Shown here one piece after another: positions 1 through 9,380 of a stretch of DNA of 64,000 nt; the first letter of the stretch is position 1, and every line of letters starts with the position of its first letter. The DNA is from an uncultured Desulfobacter sp. Lineage in GTDB: Bacteria > Desulfobacterota > Desulfobacteria > Desulfobacterales > Desulfobacteraceae. The notes under the pieces were generated by a model. The model made no database searches and was not told where the DNA came from. It saw nothing but the letters and a program-made list of their open reading frames with translations. Position numbers and translations under genes: made by a program. The DNA lies in contig OY762069.1 of the NCBI GenBank assembly GCA_963665095.1, positions 1,280,001 to 1,344,000 of the forward strand, in the 5' to 3' direction.

Positions 1-55
1 CAGCCCTGGCCTTAAGCAGCCGCATTCTGGCCTTTTGATCCTTTACCTTCAACAT
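1..55 (-). CDS. 5' fragment of a gene running off the window, probably the metallopeptidase/VWA partner of the AAA ATPase
   Basis: ATG at 55 overlaps the stop of the ATPase and reads MLKVKDQKARMRLLKARA; the product is inferred from context only. Confidence 0.4.
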   Translation of the reverse strand, partial: MLKVKDQKARMRLLKARA

Positions 56-1038
56 TACACCAGAATCTGTGCATTTAAGGATGCCCAGTCGGAAAAAGCC
101 TTGGTATTGACCACCCCGGGTGTTTTTCGCACAGCCTCACGCATGAGAAGAACCGAAAACTCAGGAGGAAGACGTTTGCCCCAGGCCATGACAAAGGTTA
201 TATTTTCAACTGTCATGGCCGCCCCCATCATTTCACTTAGAGCAAAAAGCACGGCCGGGTTATCGGGAATCTGGACACCGGCAGGATCAGAGAGGATATC
301 GTCCACAGTGGGAAGCTGCTGCCATAATTCAAGAAATCCGGTGAATTCAGCTGCCGCACCTTTGCCTACGCTGCCGGCAACCAGCTCCGGGATTAAAACG
401 GCGTCCGGCTCAGAATCCATGAGTCTGGAAACAAATTCCCAGGATCGTGGCGATGGAAAGGCTCTGGTTTCACGTTTGGGATCAAAATCATGCAGCAGGC
501 TCGGCCTGAACCGGATAAAGGCTCTGACTTTACGTGAAATTCCGGTCTGGGCAGCCCACGCAAGCCACTGGTCCGGATCCACTTCAAAATCTATATGTAC
601 AAACCGGTTTGCCAGGGCAGAGGGCATCCGGTGGGATACTGCCCGGTCCTGCTCCCGGTTACCGGCCGCCACCACTGACCAGCCGTCAGGCAGCTCATAC
701 TCCCCAAGCCGCCGGTCAAGTACAAGCTGATAACAGGCTGCCTGGACAAGGGGTGGCGCGGCATTTAATTCATCCAGGAAAAGCACCCCTTTCCCCTCTG
801 TTGGGAAAAATGACGGGGTACACCAGTGGGAGCGCCCGTCCGGACTGATTTTAGGCAAGCCCCGAAGGTCCACAGGATCCAGCAGAATGGCCCTGACATC
901 AATGAGTGCCAGATCAAGATCATCTGCAGTCTGCCTGACCAGCTGGCTTTTTCCGATGCCGGGCGGTCCCCATATAAAAACAGGCTGAGCTATAGACAAA
1001 AGAGATGTAAGTGCCGGTTTAATCCGGGAAGGTTTCAT
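55..1038 (-). CDS. MoxR-like AAA+ ATPase (host)
   Basis: Walker A GPPGIGKS, Walker B LFLDELN, AAGN and ALANRF motifs. Confidence 0.85.
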   Translation of the reverse strand: MKPSRIKPALTSLLSIAQPVFIWGPPGIGKSQLVRQTADDLDLALIDVRAILLDPVDLRGLPKISPDGRSHWCTPSFFPTEGKGVLFLDELNAAPPLVQAACYQLVLDRRLGEYELPDGWSVVAAGNREQDRAVSHRMPSALANRFVHIDFEVDPDQWLAWAAQTGISRKVRAFIRFRPSLLHDFDPKRETRAFPSPRSWEFVSRLMDSEPDAVLIPELVAGSVGKGAAAEFTGFLELWQQLPTVDDILSDPAGVQIPDNPAVLFALSEMMGAAMTVENITFVMAWGKRLPPEFSVLLMREAVRKTPGVVNTKAFSDWASLNAQILV

Positions 1039-1195
1039 ATATCGCCTCTTATAAATATTTCCAATGCATCATGCATTTACTCTGATTTACTTTCTGTGTC
1101 AAGATTTTATTAGTTTTATATAACTTTTAATTATAATATATACATTGTCAGATTTTCCTATTTCAAATCCCGACCAGACAAACTCAATAACATGA

Positions 1196-1224
1196 TTGAC
1201 ATTCAAAAAAAGCCGGTGTAGGAT
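1196..1224 (+). promoter_or_regulatory. Original host sigma70-type promoter of the FMN riboswitch/ribB leader
   Basis: TTGACA (1196-1201), 17-bp spacer, TAGGAT (1219-1224), ending 7 nt before the riboswitch 5' sequence at attL. Confidence 0.7.
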
Positions 1225-1231
1225 CGCTGCC

Positions 1232-1258
1232 GTTCTCAGGGCGGGGTGAAATTCCCCA
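1232..1258 (+). repeat. attL core, equal to the first 27 nt of the FMN riboswitch aptamer
   Basis: GTTCTCAGGGCGGGGTGAAATTCCCCA is identical to 39030..39056 and lies about 30 bp from the integrase stop. Confidence 0.95.
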
Positions 1259-1289
1259 GATGATAAGAAAGATGTGGTTATAAATTCAG

Positions 1290-2594
1290 TTATTTAGCTA
1301 TTTTCTGACCGTCTGAAAAGTTTATCAAAAGTTTATCACTTTTAGCGGCGTCTTGCATTTCAGCAAGTTGGCGGGTGGCTGTGATCGCGTCTTGGTGGTC
1401 TGGCAGAAAGTATCTATAAAAGGCGTCTGATGCGTGGCCGGTAACATTGTTTTTAATTTGCTCTGGTGACATGATCCGCCCCAGGGCTGTGGTGGTAGAA
1501 TGCTTTGTGCCTGGGTACACAGGTACAGATTCAATTCCAAGGTTTTTAGCCGCCCTTTTCCACCATTCATTGAAAAGCTGGTCCCCAAACTGCCCGCCGG
1601 CCTTTTTCCCGCGCCCCTGTTTTAGATGCCGGAAAAAATAAACATCCGGCAACGTTGGCGGAGCCATGTTTCTAACCTCCTTGATCATATTTATATGTTC
1701 TGGAAGCAGGTGTATAAATTTAGGGTCACGTTCTTTAGGTTGCGGGAAAACTACCCACCCGTCTGATAAATTAATATGCCCCTCTTTAACATTCCTCATT
1801 TCCCCGGGCCTGACCTTAGGATACATGGATAAGAGCTTTATTCCCAACCATATGCGCGGATTTTTCTTCCATGTCAACCGCCGCAATTCGTCTAAAATCG
1901 CCTGCTGGTCTTCCATGGAAACAAGTGTCCGCATTTTCATGCGATAGCTGATTTCTGGGATATCTGGCATTTCTAATTTTGACCGTCTCTTTTCCCGACG
2001 CACAACCCATTTAAAAAAATCATTTAAAACAGAGCGCATACCGGCCAAGGTCTTTTTTGATATCGGCCCCAGGTCCACCATTTTGGTGGTCCCATCCGGC
2101 ATTCGCCTTTTCTGAATATTGCGATGGTCAAAGGATAGAAAATCATCTATTTCCGCGTCTGAAATCTGCTTGATCTGCAAACAATCCCATATCAACCCGT
2201 GATAATCGCTCTTGAATTCACCGGCCCGAGTAAGAACCTTTTTGATTCTATAAACTTGATCTGGCTTGATATCTTGCGTGGATTTAACTTGGGTGAATTT
2301 TTCGCGCAATGCATAAAAGGATAGCGGGTTTTCTTTCGCCCATTCCCTTTGATCAAACTCCCCCCGGTCTGTTTGTACTCTCAAAAAAGTTAAATGTCTT
2401 TCTGCTTCACCTACGGTTTTAAACCGCTTTGTGTGCTTTTTCCCAAATCGAACTTGACACGGCCCAGCCCATTGAATTTCCTGATGATTGGGGCAAGCCA
2501 TAAATCCCCGCCCCTCAATATACTTTAGTAATCCTTTCTGACCATTCTGCTGACATAGGAAACATTTTTGACTTGTATAAATAGAACCCTTCAT
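1290..2594 (-). CDS. int: Phage integrase (tyrosine recombinase)
   Basis: KVRPGE, PKE, YPGTKHS, TGH and FYRY catalytic-type motifs; adjacent to attL; start taken at MKGSIY (ORF is open to 2660). Confidence 0.85.
   Translation of the reverse strand: MKGSIYTSQKCFLCQQNGQKGLLKYIEGRGFMACPNHQEIQWAGPCQVRFGKKHTKRFKTVGEAERHLTFLRVQTDRGEFDQREWAKENPLSFYALREKFTQVKSTQDIKPDQVYRIKKVLTRAGEFKSDYHGLIWDCLQIKQISDAEIDDFLSFDHRNIQKRRMPDGTTKMVDLGPISKKTLAGMRSVLNDFFKWVVRREKRRSKLEMPDIPEISYRMKMRTLVSMEDQQAILDELRRLTWKKNPRIWLGIKLLSMYPKVRPGEMRNVKEGHINLSDGWVVFPQPKERDPKFIHLLPEHINMIKEVRNMAPPTLPDVYFFRHLKQGRGKKAGGQFGDQLFNEWWKRAAKNLGIESVPVYPGTKHSTTTALGRIMSPEQIKNNVTGHASDAFYRYFLPDHQDAITATRQLAEMQDAAKSDKLLINFSDGQKIAK
1316..1339 (+). 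repeat. Putative integrase arm-type sites (left arm)
   Basis: Tandem AAAAGTTTATC repeated with an 11-bp period; the same GTTTATCA pair occurs at 38963..38985. Confidence 0.55.
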
Positions 2595-2722
2595 ACAATA
2601 CCCGCCTTGATTAAGGTTATTGGCTGGATTGTTGTAAAATGGTTTATAATTCATCGTCAAGATTCGTTTCCCAAATGGTAAACGGCCGGGTAAAAAATAT
2701 ATACCCGGCCACGGGTCTGGAT

Positions 2723-3106
2723 TTATGCCTTATCCATCGTTGATATTTTGAAAGAAAATTCCGTCAATTCTTCCGGAACTTCCATTCCTAAATCTTCATA
2801 AAGCGAAAGCACACCTTTAATAATAGCCGCGAATATTTGGAAAGTTTGCTTCTTGTTTGCTTCATACTCCCTGATCAAATTTTGAACTGTATTTTTAGGT
2901 TCTCTGATGACAACCCTTGCGCCCAAACCAAGGTTAAATTCAGCATTCAGGCGTTTTACATTGGTGGCCCGAACTGGGAAGCCAAGGAACCTTGAGGCCC
3001 TTGCAGCCACGTCTTCCATAGCTACCACGGCCAAGGCGTCATTGTTATCAGTTAAAAATTTATGCAGTTCAACGGTTTGCGGATAGCTCAAAGTGTTCTT
3101 TTTCAT
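2723..3106 (-). CDS. Phage hypothetical protein
   Basis: 127-aa ORF tightly packed in the leftward early operon. Confidence 0.65.
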   Translation of the reverse strand: MKKNTLSYPQTVELHKFLTDNNDALAVVAMEDVAARASRFLGFPVRATNVKRLNAEFNLGLGARVVIREPKNTVQNLIREYEANKKQTFQIFAAIIKGVLSLYEDLGMEVPEELTEFSFKISTMDKA

Positions 3107-3111
3107 AATTT

Positions 3112-3447
3112 TTATATCTCCTTATTTTTAAATCGTCCTTCACTAAGCCTTGCAGGGGCATACCGTTCTATCATGTCTGAATTTGCCCCAAGCTCTTTTA
3201 ATGTGGCCTTTATACTTTGGCCGCCTGGTGCCCAATAACGGTATTTGGCAGGGGCGTTAAAAGGAATGATTAAATCACCATTTCCGCTTATATATGGCGG
3301 CGTCCACCCATCTTTATTATTCGTGCTTTCATGGATGATTTCACAAAGCCATTTAATTTCAAGGGTTTTCATTTCTGCAGGAGACTTGTTCATTAATCCT
3401 GTTTCGTTTAGCCTGGTGGCCAGGTGGTTAAGATTAATATTCATCAA
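3112..3447 (-). CDS. Phage hypothetical protein
   Basis: 111-aa ORF with ATGA overlap to the helicase stop. Confidence 0.65.
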   Translation of the reverse strand: MMNINLNHLATRLNETGLMNKSPAEMKTLEIKWLCEIIHESTNNKDGWTPPYISGNGDLIIPFNAPAKYRYWAPGGQSIKATLKELGANSDMIERYAPARLSEGRFKNKEI

Positions 3448-5105
3448 ACCCCCAAAAAAGATTCAATTTTAGAACGGTTAAAATGAAAGGTGAGATATGC
3501 CGCCGCTTCCCCCTTTGACAGTATGGAAACACCGCCAAACTGGGCTAAGGTTTCCAGTTGCCTGGGGCTTGCCGGATCTGTTGGCCATTTGGCAGCCTTG
3601 CGGCTATTTGATGCTGTTTCGTGTGTCCTCATCCAATCGTCTGCCGTGGCCACGGCCCCAAGCCGGTTAGTTTGGCCAAGGTGTCTGACTTCACGGCCTT
3701 TCCCACCAATTGAATGCCAGCTTTCTGAATCCGGGGAACATATGGCCGCCCAGGCTTCAAAGCCGGTGGCTACCATAAGGTTTTCGCTACCCCATAATGG
3801 ATACCACCGGAACGGACTTTTACTGATTAATTCAATTTCAATTAATCTTAATTCCGCCTCTTCATTGTAAACACCTTCGATCAATTCAACCTTGAATTCA
3901 TACCCGCAAAGGGGGCAAGTCATGGTTTGCACTGGCAACATTGCTTCACAATCCGGGCAGGTTTTTTTCCGGGCTTCAGATTCCTTTCCGGATTCTCCAC
4001 CATCGTCTTTCAGTTTTACAGTGCTGCTCAAATTGCCGATGGATATCAAGGTGATCCCAAAATCAAGCACCAAGCAATCAGACTTGATAAAACCGGGGTG
4101 TTTTTCAGGGTCTACTTTCCTAAGGCCCCGGCCCACCATTTGGATGGCCGTTGACTTATGGCTTGACGTTCTAAGCAGCATAACACAGGAGCATATTTGA
4201 CAGTCCCAGCCTTCCGTTAAAATCATGGGGTTGCACAAGACCGGAATTTCTCCCCGATCAAAGGCGGACAAGATTTCACGGCGGCGTGTAATACCTATTT
4301 TACCGTGAACGGATTCCGCCTCTATTCCGTGTTCTCTGAAAGCATTGCGAACATCTTCCGCGTGCTGAATGGTGGAACAAAAGGCAACCGTGGGGCGGCC
4401 CTGGGCCAGTTCAAGCCATTGGCCAACAATTTGCCCATTGTTATAATTAGTATTTTGGATAGCTTCAACTTCGGCCTGGTCAAAATCATTGGCTGTTTTC
4501 TTAACGTTTTTAAGTTGACTTTGGGTGCCAATATCAATAACCATTGCCGTGGGTGGAACCAGGTGTCCAGCTTGCACCATTTCTTCAATTGTTACCACAT
4601 CGGCGACATTGGAGAACGTTTTCCTCAGGCCCCGCCGGTCTGACCGTTCAGGGGTAGCCGTGACTCCTAAGATTTCAGTCTCCCGGTTGAGTTCCATTGC
4701 GCGGCCGATAACGCGCCTGTATGAATCGCTGGCCGCGTGATGTGCTTCATCAACTACCAGTAAATCAAAAGGCGGCAATGTGGATAGGTGGCTTTCCTGG
4801 CTTAACGTTTGCACCATTGAAAAGACGGTTTGCCCGCCCCAAGATTTGGTTTCAGCGTTAAAAAAGGAAATTGGGATAGTAGGGTTCACCAACTTGAATT
4901 TATCCGAATTCTGCCGGGTCAATTCATCACGGTGGGCCATAATTAAGGCCCGTTTTTGTTTTTTGATACGCTGGCCAGTTGCAGCGGAAAGGGCTATAGT
5001 TTTCCCAAAGCCTGTATTGGCAACCCCCAGGGTGTTCTTTTCTTTGGATAGTGCCTTGCAGCATTTATAAACAAAGATTTTTTGACGGGGTCTAAGAATA
5101 ATCAT
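3444..5105 (-). CDS. SF2 DEAH helicase with zinc ribbon (YejH/RadD-like)
   Basis: LRPRQ, TGFGKT, DEAHH, TATP, QMVGRGLR and CPDC..CPLC motifs; start taken at MIILRP. Confidence 0.9.
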   Translation of the reverse strand: MIILRPRQKIFVYKCCKALSKEKNTLGVANTGFGKTIALSAATGQRIKKQKRALIMAHRDELTRQNSDKFKLVNPTIPISFFNAETKSWGGQTVFSMVQTLSQESHLSTLPPFDLLVVDEAHHAASDSYRRVIGRAMELNRETEILGVTATPERSDRRGLRKTFSNVADVVTIEEMVQAGHLVPPTAMVIDIGTQSQLKNVKKTANDFDQAEVEAIQNTNYNNGQIVGQWLELAQGRPTVAFCSTIQHAEDVRNAFREHGIEAESVHGKIGITRRREILSAFDRGEIPVLCNPMILTEGWDCQICSCVMLLRTSSHKSTAIQMVGRGLRKVDPEKHPGFIKSDCLVLDFGITLISIGNLSSTVKLKDDGGESGKESEARKKTCPDCEAMLPVQTMTCPLCGYEFKVELIEGVYNEEAELRLIEIELISKSPFRWYPLWGSENLMVATGFEAWAAICSPDSESWHSIGGKGREVRHLGQTNRLGAVATADDWMRTHETASNSRKAAKWPTDPASPRQLETLAQFGGVSILSKGEAAAYLTFHFNRSKIESFLGV

Positions 5106-6354
5106 TTTTAACCGGCCCCCCAATGATACCAAGCGTGATACCCGGAACGTCTACCCCCTTTATAATTATAGCGGTTTCCTGGCCATTAGAGAGAATCAGT
5201 TCAAGAGATCCGGGGGCTGATCTTGCAATCATGGCCTTTATGGTATTTACTCTTTCTTCTTTGGCATCATTTACGGTTTTTCTTATATGGTTGTTGACAG
5301 GTTGCGCCATGGCGGCCGGCGATACTGCAGGAGCGGCCGGGCGTGGGGCTACTTTTTTTTCGTTCGGGACCACGGGGGCCGGTTTGGGTTCCTGTTTAAC
5401 CGCCGGCTGTAGCGCCTTAGTTTTATCAATAATCGCCCGGGCCTGGTTTATCTGAGTTTCCACCAATCCGGCAAGATGCGGGGCCGGAATCAAAACTTCA
5501 AGCTTTCCAAGGGCCTCCTCCATGGTTGCAAGGCTGGCCATTATCCCGAAGTTATCATTAAACCAGGCTACTTGATTGACCCGTTCCGATTCTAATTCAA
5601 GTCTTTTTAATTCCGCCTGTTTTTCTTCATGGATAACTGCCGCCTGATGTGCAAGTCTGGCCTTTTCGATGGAAACATTTAAAAGGCCGCAGGCATCTTG
5701 AAATTTTTCCTGGAATATCTCCTGGTTAATGCCTGTTGTTTCCAAAACGCCCAGGGCGCTTTTTATCTCAACCGCAGAAAGGCCAGGTTTTAAGGCATCA
5801 TTGCATAGGTCAACCAAGGTGTTATAATTTTTATTTAAGAGATCTAACCGTATTCTTTCAACCCTGGCCTGTTCATCTTCCCACTTTTTAATTTCAGAGG
5901 ACAAATGATCTTCGGTCGCCTTAATGTCAGTCACCAGGGCGGTAGCATCATCTTTAATGTTTTTTCTCTTTTTATTCAGGTCTGCTATCAACTCCTTTTC
6001 ACGCCGCTGGATTTTCAGGCGTAACCCCCGAACTTCGGTTTTTGCTTTTTTAATTTCAGTGAAAGTTTTTTTGTCCTCAAGATTCACAGTTAGGGATAGA
6101 TATACCTTTATTTCGGCCAGTGCTGCAGCTTGAATGTCATATCGGGTTAGAGCTGTTGGCGGAATGCCGGGCATGATTTCCGCGCGGGCTCCCGGCGTGT
6201 TCGGCGTCGACTGAATCACCTGGGCGGCCTGGGGGGGGGGCTGTTCTTTCAATGGGCCAAAATCCTGCCCACTCACCGGTTTAGCTTTACCCATTGGCAT
6301 CAGTTTTTGACCTGGGCAGGGATAATATTTTCTTCCATTGTTAAAATCACTCAT
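5092..6354 (-). CDS. Coiled-coil phage protein of unknown function
   Basis: 420-aa ORF with a long heptad-rich K/E/A segment and Pro-rich ends; AGGAG upstream. Confidence 0.7.
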   Translation of the reverse strand: MSDFNNGRKYYPCPGQKLMPMGKAKPVSGQDFGPLKEQPPPQAAQVIQSTPNTPGARAEIMPGIPPTALTRYDIQAAALAEIKVYLSLTVNLEDKKTFTEIKKAKTEVRGLRLKIQRREKELIADLNKKRKNIKDDATALVTDIKATEDHLSSEIKKWEDEQARVERIRLDLLNKNYNTLVDLCNDALKPGLSAVEIKSALGVLETTGINQEIFQEKFQDACGLLNVSIEKARLAHQAAVIHEEKQAELKRLELESERVNQVAWFNDNFGIMASLATMEEALGKLEVLIPAPHLAGLVETQINQARAIIDKTKALQPAVKQEPKPAPVVPNEKKVAPRPAAPAVSPAAMAQPVNNHIRKTVNDAKEERVNTIKAMIARSAPGSLELILSNGQETAIIIKGVDVPGITLGIIGGPVKNDYS

Positions 6355-6424
6355 GTGCCTTTTCTCCTTTCGTGTTTAATTACTCGGGTGTTTCCAAAGT
6401 GGTAATTACCCGGGTAAAAAAAGG

Positions 6425-7207
6425 TTATTTATTTGGCATCCATTGCGGTGGTTGGCCAGGACCATTGCATCCTTGTGGGGGTGTTTGGTATTGCTGTGAA
6501 TGTGGCGCTCCTTGTGCCTGGTGTGGTTGCTGGTATGTCTGGCCCGATTGTGCCGATGGGGCCTGATAGGATGGCGGTTGCTGATATCCACCCGCCTGGG
6601 CGGCACCCTGCCCGTTTGCGGCGGGGATTTCTGGCAGGGGTTTATCAGTGATAATCTGTCCACCGGCCATGACCGTTTTATAATCCTGCTCATCTTCAAG
6701 GGTAATTACTTTGAACAGGCTGTTATTAATGTACTGGTCGCCTGGCTGGGGTTTTTTAACGCTCACCATTGCCGGGAACTCCATCCCCTGAAAATGATCT
6801 GGCCCAACCCCTGTTTTTGCCTGCATGGCTTCCGGCGATCCATCGGCTGGATGTATTCCCCGGGCGGCCTCAACAATTGCGCGCATCTTTGCACCGCCGC
6901 CTTTGCAAGTGCCTGCCTGGCCTTTATCTATACCCTGAACCTGCATATTAACTGGAAGAAAAATATAATCATAAAATTTATTCCCATTATATTCGCCTTG
7001 GGAAATTACCTCAAAGACACAATCAAAGCCCACCAGCGGAACCCCACTATTTTTGCCTGGTTTGAATGTTCTGACGAGTGGATGAATGGCGCTTGTGCTG
7101 CCATTATCTGGCTTCCGTATTGAAAGCCGGACCTTGACTATTGATCTGTCAGGAATACAACCGCCCCCGCCGGTTTTCTGTTCTGATTCATTGTTCAAAT
7201 CAAACAT
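6425..7207 (-). CDS. Putative phage ssDNA-binding protein
   Basis: Follows the AAA_24 ATPase; Q/P/G-rich tail ending PPQWM is typical of phage SSB-like proteins. Confidence 0.55.
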   Translation of the reverse strand: MFDLNNESEQKTGGGGCIPDRSIVKVRLSIRKPDNGSTSAIHPLVRTFKPGKNSGVPLVGFDCVFEVISQGEYNGNKFYDYIFLPVNMQVQGIDKGQAGTCKGGGAKMRAIVEAARGIHPADGSPEAMQAKTGVGPDHFQGMEFPAMVSVKKPQPGDQYINNSLFKVITLEDEQDYKTVMAGGQIITDKPLPEIPAANGQGAAQAGGYQQPPSYQAPSAQSGQTYQQPHQAQGAPHSQQYQTPPQGCNGPGQPPQWMPNK

Positions 7208-8045
7208 TGTCTTGATTCTCCTGTTTAATGGTTGCGGGCATGGGATAGCGCCCGTTTGTTGCTTTATTCAGGGCGGTATGGAATCCGCCCCATGTCTTAT
7301 CTTGACCAATGTAAATTTCAGACGGCAGGCCCCAACGGTTTTTAGCCAAAAACGCGGGTCTTTCTTCCGTGTGGATGAGACGTTCCCCGGTACCTGTGCC
7401 GCGTCTTTTTTCTTGGTTGAATCCCGTTTCCGTTCTTTCAATGACAGTTCGATAGCGACAGAACAAAACCATATCAACCCATTCTTGCCAAAGCGCAAAA
7501 GCCCGCTTATGTAATTTAATCTGGTATCTGTCATATGGTTCTGTGTCTGGGGCGGCAAAGTTTTTTATCTCAGAATGGGCGATTAAAATAATATTCATCT
7601 GCTTAACTTTGAGTAAGTGTTCGAGCCAGTTCATAAGGTTTAGCCATGGCGCATCAGCTTCAATATATCCCTTTCCATATCCAAAACTTTCAATACTGTC
7701 TTGACCCTTTGCGGCACAAGTCTGGGAATGTATCAGGGGCTCAGTCCAATCCAGGGAATCAATAACCAGGCTTTTATACTGGTGCGATTCACTGAGAAGC
7801 CACTGAACCATATTGATAATGGTATTGTATCCTGACCCGCGGGCAAGGCGGCCTTCGTCATCATAGCTATCCTTTACAACCATTGGGAATGTATCAATAT
7901 CCACATTGCTGGCCCCGTCTTCCGTCCTCAAAAGAATAGCCCCTTCAAAGGTGGCTCCAAAAGTTGTCTTTCCCAGGCCGTGGGTGCCGTACAATAAAAT
8001 CCTTTGCGGCTGCCATTCGGCGTTAGCTTTAACAGGTTGAAACAT
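7200..8045 (-). CDS. AAA_24 / Sak4-like phage ATPase
   Basis: LYGTHGLGKTT, VIDSLDW, LIAHS and AKNR motifs. Confidence 0.85.
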   Translation of the reverse strand: MFQPVKANAEWQPQRILLYGTHGLGKTTFGATFEGAILLRTEDGASNVDIDTFPMVVKDSYDDEGRLARGSGYNTIINMVQWLLSESHQYKSLVIDSLDWTEPLIHSQTCAAKGQDSIESFGYGKGYIEADAPWLNLMNWLEHLLKVKQMNIILIAHSEIKNFAAPDTEPYDRYQIKLHKRAFALWQEWVDMVLFCRYRTVIERTETGFNQEKRRGTGTGERLIHTEERPAFLAKNRWGLPSEIYIGQDKTWGGFHTALNKATNGRYPMPATIKQENQDNV

Positions 8046-8176
8046 TTCAATCTCCTTGATACTTTTAAATTACAATTAACTTCACGGTATCGTTTACGAT
8101 TTGGTAAAAACAAAGACAAACAAAAAGGGCGGCGCGGCAGGCCGGCCCCATATTCAAAAAAATAAATTGGGCTTTT

Positions 8177-8587
8177 CTATTCTTCCTCTTTTTCTTTTTG
8201 CGCCTTGGCCTTCCTAACGATGCCCATAAGCGCGTCATATGGGTCAATACCCAAGCTTTCTAACTCATGCCATACTTTCCGGGCTTTAGGATTTTTATAA
8301 AATTGCATATCAAGGATATGTGCCTTGCCTGCATCAGACATTTCAACATTTTTAACAATATCTTCCGCCATGATAATCCCTTCTCCTATCAATATGGCCA
8401 AGTGTTTTTCAGTCACAGGGCGGCCATATTTCTCGAAATTTTTAAGTTCAGTGAAGCGGGTTTGAACAATGCCAGTTTTTTCTGATAATTCTTTGTCGAG
8501 CCAACCGTCATCATTTAACCGTTCAAGTTTTTTACCAAGATATACTGTGATATCTTCATACAATTTTTTTTTGTCAATTTTCCGCAT
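8177..8587 (-). CDS. Probable phage repressor (XRE-type HTH)
   Basis: DKELSEKTGIVQTRFTELKN is HTH-like; first leftward gene at the divergent control region; start taken at MRKIDK. Confidence 0.55.
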   Translation of the reverse strand: MRKIDKKKLYEDITVYLGKKLERLNDDGWLDKELSEKTGIVQTRFTELKNFEKYGRPVTEKHLAILIGEGIIMAEDIVKNVEMSDAGKAHILDMQFYKNPKARKVWHELESLGIDPYDALMGIVRKAKAQKEKEEE

Positions 8588-8649
8588 TTTGAATACCCTT
8601 TCAAGTTTATTTCTTTTATTTTTTTGCTTGTCTTTTTTCACACAGTTTC

Positions 8650-8770
8650 CTTTTAGCACGTGGATTTTTTTAATGTCAAGATAATTTACCAAATAATTTA
8701 CATTTTAATTTACCAAATAATTTACCAAACGGTATTGACATTTACCAAATTGTAAACTATACGGTGAAAT
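8650..8770. promoter_or_regulatory. Divergent immunity region with promoters and operator repeats
   Basis: Four ATTTACCAAA copies; TTGACA at 8735-8740 (+) with TTTAC-N6-GTAAA in its spacer; TTGACA on the minus strand at 8674-8679. Confidence 0.7.
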
Positions 8771-8800
8771 ATCGGGAAAAACCAAGTAGGGAAACGTCAA

Positions 8801-9163
8801 ATGAATGATTTAGAAATCAAGGAAAATATGTATCTTGGGGCTTTATGTCGCCGTGGCCATGATTATCAGGGCACAGGTTGTTCAGTAAGATACAAAAACA
8901 AGGGGGCATTAAAGGGCGGCATCTGTATTCTCTGCAATCGTGAAAATAAACGGAAGAATGCAAAGGCGAAAGGCGGGGCCGGGAAACGGCGCGGTAAAAA
9001 TACCCGAATATCCGCAATCTGCCCCATGTGTAGAGCTATACACATGGTTTATATGGCAAGTGGTTGGGCAGGTAACGGTATCCCCAGAAAATACTGCCCG
9101 AATTGCAACGGACAAAGAAAGAGATTGATAGAGGGGGAAATCAATTATGGCTATACAAATTGA
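8801..9163 (+). CDS. Cys-rich, probably zinc-binding phage protein
   Basis: CRRGH, CILC, CPMC and CPNC motifs; first rightward early gene. Confidence 0.65.
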   Translation: MNDLEIKENMYLGALCRRGHDYQGTGCSVRYKNKGALKGGICILCNRENKRKNAKAKGGAGKRRGKNTRISAICPMCRAIHMVYMASGWAGNGIPRKYCPNCNGQRKRLIEGEINYGYTN

Positions 9164-9379
9164 GAAAGGCATTACCCGGATTTTCCTTTTAGCTGCTCTT
9201 TTTTTCTGGCCGTTTGGGTCGGTATACTATAAGTCGAGCATAACCGGACCGCTGCCCGTCTGGCCCTGGAAACAGAAAAGGTAAACGCTTTATATGTCAC
9301 CTTGAAACATTCAACTTTTGAGGTTTCCATAATCCCCACCAAGGCCCCAAAAGCATTAAAACCAAAAGAATGGAAATAA
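9147..9379 (+). pseudogene. Possible disrupted small membrane-anchored protein gene
   Basis: MAIQIEKG... has an RBS; a shift at the T7 run (9199-9205) plus readthrough of TAA 9230 would give a frame ending just before the ATG at 9381. Confidence 0.3.
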
Positions 9380-9380
9380 T

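Noticed and set aside
35..730. 231-aa plus-strand ORF and similar long antisense ORFs (26843..27571, 51148..51891, 63380..63991)
   Set aside because: They are shadow frames opposite well-supported genes and have no recognisable motifs.
1232..1258. A second functional FMN riboswitch at the left end
   Set aside because: Only 27 nt match; the rest of the aptamer is absent, so it is the attL remnant.
6232..6240. G9 tract as a phase-variation site
   Set aside because: It is in frame, encodes a Pro run in a Pro-rich linker, and has no other support.
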